Assembly: GCA_050124835.1 (NCBI GenBank)
Contig: JASFEM010000005.1
Span: forward strand, 2,264-66,263
DNA length: 64,000 nucleotides
Reading direction: 5' to 3'
From: Syntrophobacterales bacterium
GTDB taxonomy: Bacteria; Desulfobacterota; Syntrophobacteria; BM002
This document shows, one piece after another, positions 58,958 to 64,000 of this stretch. The position numbers were made by a program, and so were the translations under genes. Every line of letters begins with the position of its first letter. Within the stretch, counting starts at the first letter, position 1. The notes beneath the pieces are model-generated. The model ran no database searches. It saw only the letters and a program-made list of their open reading frames with translations, and was not told the DNA's origin.

Positions 58958-59108
58958 TAAGATCGCCCCCTTTCATGGGTATCTTCACGAACATTCAAAA
59001 CTTGCAACAATATAAGGCAGAATATGGCGGGCGCAAGTGCACCAGAGAAGATAAACTGAATGTCTACAGCGTTGCAGCCAGGAACAAAAGCACAAAACGC
59101 TATACGAT

Positions 59109-59477
59109 CTAACGGCGAGCTGAGCGGTACCTCCAGTAGACGCCACAATAGATTGCCACCGTGTAAAGCAACAGAATGACGCCTATCAAGTATTGGACCT
59201 CAATTGTCATATTTGGATAGATGATGGGAGCAATGTAGTGATCAATAAATCCTCCTGCGAAAGAGGGCTCCCCGGCACGCTGCCGCAACGTTTGCTCCAG
59301 GGGTGTCAACGGGCAATATGTTCCGGGCTTGAGCTCTATATAGAGAGCCCAAAACACTGCCGGCAGATGAACAAAAGCAATACGATGCCAGAAAAGTGCC
59401 AGAAGTCCGCCAGTAATCACCAGAAGGATGAAACCTAAATGCAGTAGCATCACCATATCGGCAAGAAAGCCGTACAT
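59109..59477 (-). CDS. DUF2784-family membrane protein
   Basis: LAD.V.LLHL.FI, HLPAVFW, CPLTPLE..LR, GFIDHYI.PIIYP. Confidence 0.85.
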   Translation of the reverse strand: MYGFLADMVMLLHLGFILLVITGGLLALFWHRIAFVHLPAVFWALYIELKPGTYCPLTPLEQTLRQRAGEPSFAGGFIDHYIAPIIYPNMTIEVQYLIGVILLLYTVAIYCGVYWRYRSARR

Positions 59478-59611
59478 GGAATGTCTCTTTATGACGTTGG
59501 TATGGAATCCATGTCCCTGGCCCAAACAGGCTCAGGAAAAGATGGAGTAGTGGAAAGAGGTGTTCTTGGGTGAAATAGCGGCTCAGAACCTTCAGACGAT
59601 CAGGACTCTTT

Positions 59612-60079
59612 TTAGCCCCGCACCCCTAATACGTTACTCAACGACATGGTCGTGTCCCGCAACCGCTCAGCAATCACCAGAGCCAAATTATACATGAACT
59701 TATAGGCAATGGTCATATTGCTTTGGGTTAGTTTGGCAAAATCGTCCCAACTCAGCTTAACTGCCTCAACTTCATCGATGGCCACCACCCAAGTGGATCG
59801 CCGGGCGCCATCTATGAAACCCAACTCCCCAAAAACCTGTCCGGGTAGACATTTAGTGATTGTCCCTGCGTCCTCTTTGATGGAAGGACCGCTTAGGGTG
59901 ATTTGCACCCTCCCACTTTTGATAAAGTAGAGGTCCCGCCCACGAGCATCTTCAGCTACGATGACGTCTCCGGTCTGGAATTGCATGGATTTAGCAATCT
60001 TGGCTATTTCCTCGACCTCCACACCATCAAAATCTTTGCAGACCACTGAACCAGCCAAAAACTTGGCCACTTCATCCAT
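59612..60079 (-). CDS. Stand-alone cyclic-nucleotide-binding domain protein
   Basis: LYFIKSGRV and FGELGFIDGARRS phosphate-binding cassette; no HTH domain. Confidence 0.88.
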   Translation of the reverse strand: MDEVAKFLAGSVVCKDFDGVEVEEIAKIAKSMQFQTGDVIVAEDARGRDLYFIKSGRVQITLSGPSIKEDAGTITKCLPGQVFGELGFIDGARRSTWVVAIDEVEAVKLSWDDFAKLTQSNMTIAYKFMYNLALVIAERLRDTTMSLSNVLGVRG

Positions 60080-60412
60080 GGCTACTCTCCTCTTTCAGCT
60101 GCAGTCCCCTGTTGACCTGAACTGACGCCGTCTTTACTGGATCACATTACCACAACGCAGCTCATTTTACGACATTGTTGGGAAATCGTAGAACCCGTGG
60201 TGCCGATCCAAGGAGGTTGGGACCGAGCCGCCGCGGGCCTCTCCGATTTGCTCAGCCCTTCTACCACCCTTTCTGGAGTAGTAAGCATTTTTCAGGCCAA
60301 AATACACGGATATTGATCTAGCAGAATTAATAATTATAGTTACGCAAGAGCAGGATTTCGAATGATTCTGTAATCATCAGAGGAAAACCTAGCCAAAAAG
60401 GAGGGCTAAAGC

Positions 60413-61189
60413 ATGAAAAAATGGATTCTTATTGGCGGTACCGCTTTGGTAGTTATCATTATCGTCGTCTTGGTCGTAGGCATATCGAACTTGGGCCCCA
60501 TCATCAAAAAAGCGGTCAACACCTACGGTCCCACTATCACCAAAACAGAAGTCCGGTTGTCGGGTGTGGGGATTTCCATATTATCCGGCGAGGCCAAGCT
60601 CAAAGGTTTTTATCTGGGCAACCCCAAAGGATTCAAGTCGCCGGAGGCCATGACGGTGGCTTCAATATTTGTGGATCTGGATGAGAAGTCCATAACCAGC
60701 GACCCCGTTATTATCGACAAAATAGAGGTAGTTCGACCTGAGATCACCTATGAGAAGACGGGTAGAACCGATAACTTCAAGACCATTCTAAATAATGTTG
60801 AAAGCAGCGTCAGTAAGGGCGACTCTGCGAAGCAGCAGTCTGGCAAAAAGGCTGAGGGTAAGAAACTCATCATCAGAAATTTCATCATAAAGGACGCTAA
60901 GGTAGACTTGTCCGTTTCAGCTGTCGGCGGGCAAAGTCTAAGTGCATCGGCATCACTTCAGGACATCCATCTAAAGAACATAGGCGAGAAAAGAGGCGGT
61001 GCATCCCCTGAGCAGGTGTTCAAAGAGGTTTTCGCGATACTTTACAAGGAGATGACTTCTCCTGCCGTAACCGCTGCTCTCAACGAGCAATTAAAAGAAC
61101 TTGGTTCCAGTGTTGAGATAGAAACCCCGGTTGGTAAGACTGATTTGGGAAGCGCCACCGATAAGGTCAAAGGGATGTTCGGCAAGTAG
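60413..61189 (+). CDS. AsmA/DUF748-like membrane-anchored protein
   Basis: N-terminal TM helix, NPKGF, beta-strand-rich body. Confidence 0.7.
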   Translation: MKKWILIGGTALVVIIIVVLVVGISNLGPIIKKAVNTYGPTITKTEVRLSGVGISILSGEAKLKGFYLGNPKGFKSPEAMTVASIFVDLDEKSITSDPVIIDKIEVVRPEITYEKTGRTDNFKTILNNVESSVSKGDSAKQQSGKKAEGKKLIIRNFIIKDAKVDLSVSAVGGQSLSASASLQDIHLKNIGEKRGGASPEQVFKEVFAILYKEMTSPAVTAALNEQLKELGSSVEIETPVGKTDLGSATDKVKGMFGK

Positions 61190-61300
61190 AGATGAAATGG
61201 GGCGCAATGCAGATGTGTGTAGTTGCGGGAGAGGTTTGCCAGTGCCAAATGCAGATAGCTTAAGACGGTGGCTGGCAACCTGGAAGGTGGAAAAAACAAT

Positions 61301-61489
61301 TTATGCAACGGCCCCAAACGGCCAGTAGAACGAGTACAGCTCGAATATGGACAAGAATTTTGCGTTGCAGTGCTCACATATATAGTATTTGCTGCCGGGT
61401 AAAAACCGCATCCAAAAACTCCGTCTGATTCGCTGCCGGTCCATGCCCTTGCACTTGGGACAGGTTTTGCCGCTAATTAGTATCGCCAT
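61301..61489 (-). CDS. Small zinc-ribbon protein
   Basis: CPKC..RIRRSFWMR..YICEHC; GGAGGGG SD before ATG 61489. Confidence 0.75.
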   Translation of the reverse strand: MAILISGKTCPKCKGMDRQRIRRSFWMRFLPGSKYYICEHCNAKFLSIFELYSFYWPFGAVA

Positions 61490-61561
61490 TTTCGCCCCTC
61501 CAGACGGCGGAGAGAGCCAAATTCCCTCAAGAAACAATAAAGTACGACCGTAAGGCTCCCC

Positions 61562-61696
61562 TTACGGTCGCTTCTCCGGGATTGGTAGTGGTTTTTTGCA
61601 AACTGGGCATTTCTTTTCTGTTGGCCTTATCATTAAAGTCGCTTTGCACCCGGAGCATATGACCTTATCAAACTTTATGCTCTTGTTTTCGTTCAT
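61562..61696 (-). CDS. 44-aa zinc-ribbon microprotein (not in ORF track)
   Basis: MNENKSIKFDKVICSGCKATLMIRPTEKKCPVCKKPLPIPEKRP*; two CxxC pairs; weak SD. Confidence 0.55.
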   Translation of the reverse strand: MNENKSIKFDKVICSGCKATLMIRPTEKKCPVCKKPLPIPEKRP

Positions 61697-61806
61697 CTTT
61701 TGTGAGTTTGCCAAGAGTTGGTCTCGAAATGCCAAGTAAAATAATTGTTCTGAACCTAATCTAGAGCCGCATTTCAGTAGCGGTCCAGACTGGATGGTCT
61801 AACCTC

Positions 61807-62049
61807 TTACTGGTGAATGGAACGGACGGTTAAAGATTTATTGCGGCCACTTCCCTTTCTGCGGTCTTTACCGGAACGCCGATCTTCGCCACTTCGAAGA
61901 TCAATTATCCTCCACCCCGCTCTAACTCTTCGGTCCTCACCGTTTGCCCCATCAGGGACGTGCCTGAATCTACGGTCAATACTCAGCCTGCGCTCCTCGC
62001 CGGAACGTCTTTCTCTGCCGCTTCTACGTTCAACTTGAAAAACAGTCAT
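61807..62049 (-). CDS. 80-aa [DE]RR-repeat protein
   Basis: Seven [DE]RR units, mostly at 6-residue spacing; GGGAG SD before ATG 62049. Confidence 0.7.
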   Translation of the reverse strand: MTVFQVERRSGRERRSGEERRLSIDRRFRHVPDGANGEDRRVRAGWRIIDLRSGEDRRSGKDRRKGSGRNKSLTVRSIHQ

Positions 62050-62140
62050 TAAAAACTCCCACACCTCTCCTTGAAACCCCATCAGACTGACTGAGCAGGA
62101 TCGAAAATTTGTGTTGGCTAATATTGTTTAAAACCTAGCA

Positions 62141-62156
62141 GGCATAAATCATACCA
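62141..62156 (-). promoter_or_regulatory. Putative sigma54 promoter with adjacent IHF-like site
   Basis: TGGTATGATTTATGCC (GG-N10-GC); TATTAA-ATAC-TTA at 62185..62197. Confidence 0.6.
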
Positions 62157-62496
62157 ACTGAATTATTTACTTTTTTACTCAAATTATTAAATACTTAGCC
62201 TGATAAAGTCTAAGTACTCCCGGTGCCATATTGGGTAATCTAATACAAAGATTTGGCAGAAAAATACCACTTTTAGGCGAAAATGACACCCGCTAGATCT
62301 TACAACTACAATCCCATTAGAGTGGCAAAAAGAATTGTCTAAGAGGTTCAAGAAAGATGTTATTCAAATTCAAGGGGAATCGGGGGCAAAAATCAACCAC
62401 AACTATTTTGGCAAAATTCAGCTGTGTCATTTACCGCGTCTATTGCGGTGAGGGGATATGGAAAGCTTTAAGCTGATTCGGTGAGTAACCTCAATC

Positions 62497-62697
62497 TCAA
62501 ACATCCGCGCTAGGCAGTAAGGTCAAGACGTAATCCCACTCATTCCTGAGAAATTCTCTATGCTCTTTCACCCAGTCTTCGCCCTTTTCTTCCACGATCT
62601 CTTGTAGCCACATTCTCAGAAATAATAGATCTTCCTTGTCCCCTGGAAGTTTTTCCCAGCCCAGCAGTTCATAGGTTTTTTCCAGTGAAATTAGCAT
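62497..62697 (-). CDS. Small helical hypothetical protein
   Basis: AAGGA SD; 66-aa amphipathic ORF (KGEDWVKEHREFL..EWDY). Confidence 0.65.
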   Translation of the reverse strand: MLISLEKTYELLGWEKLPGDKEDLLFLRMWLQEIVEEKGEDWVKEHREFLRNEWDYVLTLLPSADV

Positions 62698-62934
62698 CAG
62701 TGGAATCCTTGTGCCATTTGCCCATTATCTATCAAATTTAACCGTTTGGTGCAATCCAATCACCGATGATGATTATTTGCCGTCTGCGGCAATTATTCCA
62801 AGCTATTAACTTCAAGCGTTCGTAGGAGAAATTGGACATATGATAACCTCGCACCAAGCCGTTAAGATCGTCTCCAACCTACCTAAACAAACCGTCGCTT
62901 TCTTTAGACGCAACGCAAGCGAAAACTATGCCAA

Positions 62935-63552
62935 TCAAAAGCGGAATTTTAGACCGACGGCGAGGGTGTTGGATCCTCCGTCCTTTGCCACTGTCTCGAA
63001 TCCGGTGGAGCGATGATGCAAACGAAAAATCCCGGCCCAGCGACTCTCTGGAGGACCAAGGGTGATCTCAGCAAACCAGAAGACCAACCACTGCTGGCTC
63101 GACGTGTGGGTGGTCTCTTCCACCTTGGGTACTTCAGTTGCATATGACGGTCCAACGCCCCAGGCAATAGTTGTCGCCACCGTATCGCTCCAGGGAAACT
63201 TGTGCCAACGGCCAGCCACCGCAGCGTTGAACTCCCAATGATCCTGATCGCCGAAATACTTACCCACGTTCCCTTCTACCTCCAGCGATAGCTTATCATC
63301 CAAGAAACGCTTGAACGTCCAGGCAAAGGCCCCAACCACAAGGTTCGAGTCCACAAAATCCACATTAGGTGAAATGGCGTGCGACGCGTCACCGTCGGTG
63401 ACGCGTCCACCGTATACTGTCACAGCGAAGTCCTCAGCATAGGCAGCTCCAAGCAGGCAGATAAATAGGTAAACAACCATGGTGGCACAGGCTACCTGCA
63501 CACGTTTATTTCTATTGGGTTTCGCTGAAGGTTTCGCTTTTCGTTTGCGCAT
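62935..63552 (-). CDS. Small outer-membrane beta-barrel protein (PagL-like HHRS motif)
   Basis: Signal peptide ending AYA, RLHHRS, C-terminal KFRF; true start may be 63480. Confidence 0.7.
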   Translation of the reverse strand: MRKRKAKPSAKPNRNKRVQVACATMVVYLFICLLGAAYAEDFAVTVYGGRVTDGDASHAISPNVDFVDSNLVVGAFAWTFKRFLDDKLSLEVEGNVGKYFGDQDHWEFNAAVAGRWHKFPWSDTVATTIAWGVGPSYATEVPKVEETTHTSSQQWLVFWFAEITLGPPESRWAGIFRLHHRSTGFETVAKDGGSNTLAVGLKFRF

Positions 63553-63812
63553 CAGGTATCCGTCAAGATCAGCTTTCCGTGTTCGATTCTTAGATAATTG
63601 CGCAGGACAAAGCCGGAGGGCCCTTTATAGCCACTTAAGCTTTAGAAATCAATAGTAAGTAGCCTTTAAGACACTTTTTCAGCCGTGCTTTTTTCGAAGG
63701 GAATTATCTTGAAAACAGGCAAGCCCCACTGGCCATCCGCAAAAGGCCGGGAGGCCTGAGAGAAAAGCTAAATAAAGCAAAAGAGCCACCTTGACGGTGG
63801 CATATCTGGCGA

Positions 63813-63899
63813 TGGTGCCGAAGGGGAGATTCGAACTCCCACACCCTAACGGGCACTAGACCCTGAACCTAGCGCGTCTACCAGTTCCGCCACTTCGGC
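63813..63899 (-). tRNA. tRNA-Leu (anticodon CAG)
   Basis: GCCGAAGTGGCGGAACTGGTAGACGCGCTAGG-TTCAGGG-TCTAG, long variable arm, GTTCGAATC...CACCA; 87 nt. Confidence 0.97.
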
Positions 63900-64000
63900 A
63901 CGACAAAATGGTATTGCCAGTTGAAAAAAGTTAATGTATTCTTACACACTTTATTTGTCAAGTTGTAAAATCTTAACATTGAGCTCAAAGACAGCCAGTG

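Noticed and set aside
60413-63812. Genomic island at the 3' end of tRNA-Leu
   Set aside because: The region is rich in small genes and AT-rich spacers, but I saw no integrase and no duplicated tRNA 3' end.

Overview
This is 64 kb of core-like chromosome, most likely from a Desulfobacterota (deltaproteobacterial) bacterium. That assignment is inferred from gene content: many stand-alone PilZ proteins, NIL-ferredoxin, a CxxC-type MnmA and numerous sigma54-type promoters. Housekeeping genes include eno, fumC, serA, sfsA, mnmA, mtaB, pcm, ihfA, Ktr/Trk K+ uptake, a BMP-type ABC transporter, a hydantoinase A/B pair, tRNA-Arg(UCU) and tRNA-Leu(CAG). No integrase, transposase or CRISPR array was seen. 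The most notable material lies outside the ORF track. (1) A probable c-di-GMP/sigma54 module: five stand-alone PilZ genes within 7 kb, two of them duplicated along with their promoter, plus an 80-aa protein built of [DE]RR repeats that could act as a c-di-GMP sponge. (2) Four unannotated microproteins under 50 aa: two acidic Cys-rich peptides and two zinc ribbons. (3) A candidate ~120-nt hairpin sRNA convergent with one of the Cys-rich peptides. (4) An AT-rich spacer carrying three copies of TTTACCCA-N19-TGGGTAAA. (5) About 17 intergenic elements made of 7-8-nt periodic repeats, one with a core that is inverted relative to its flanks between two copies. All functional statements rest on motif recognition only; no searches were run.
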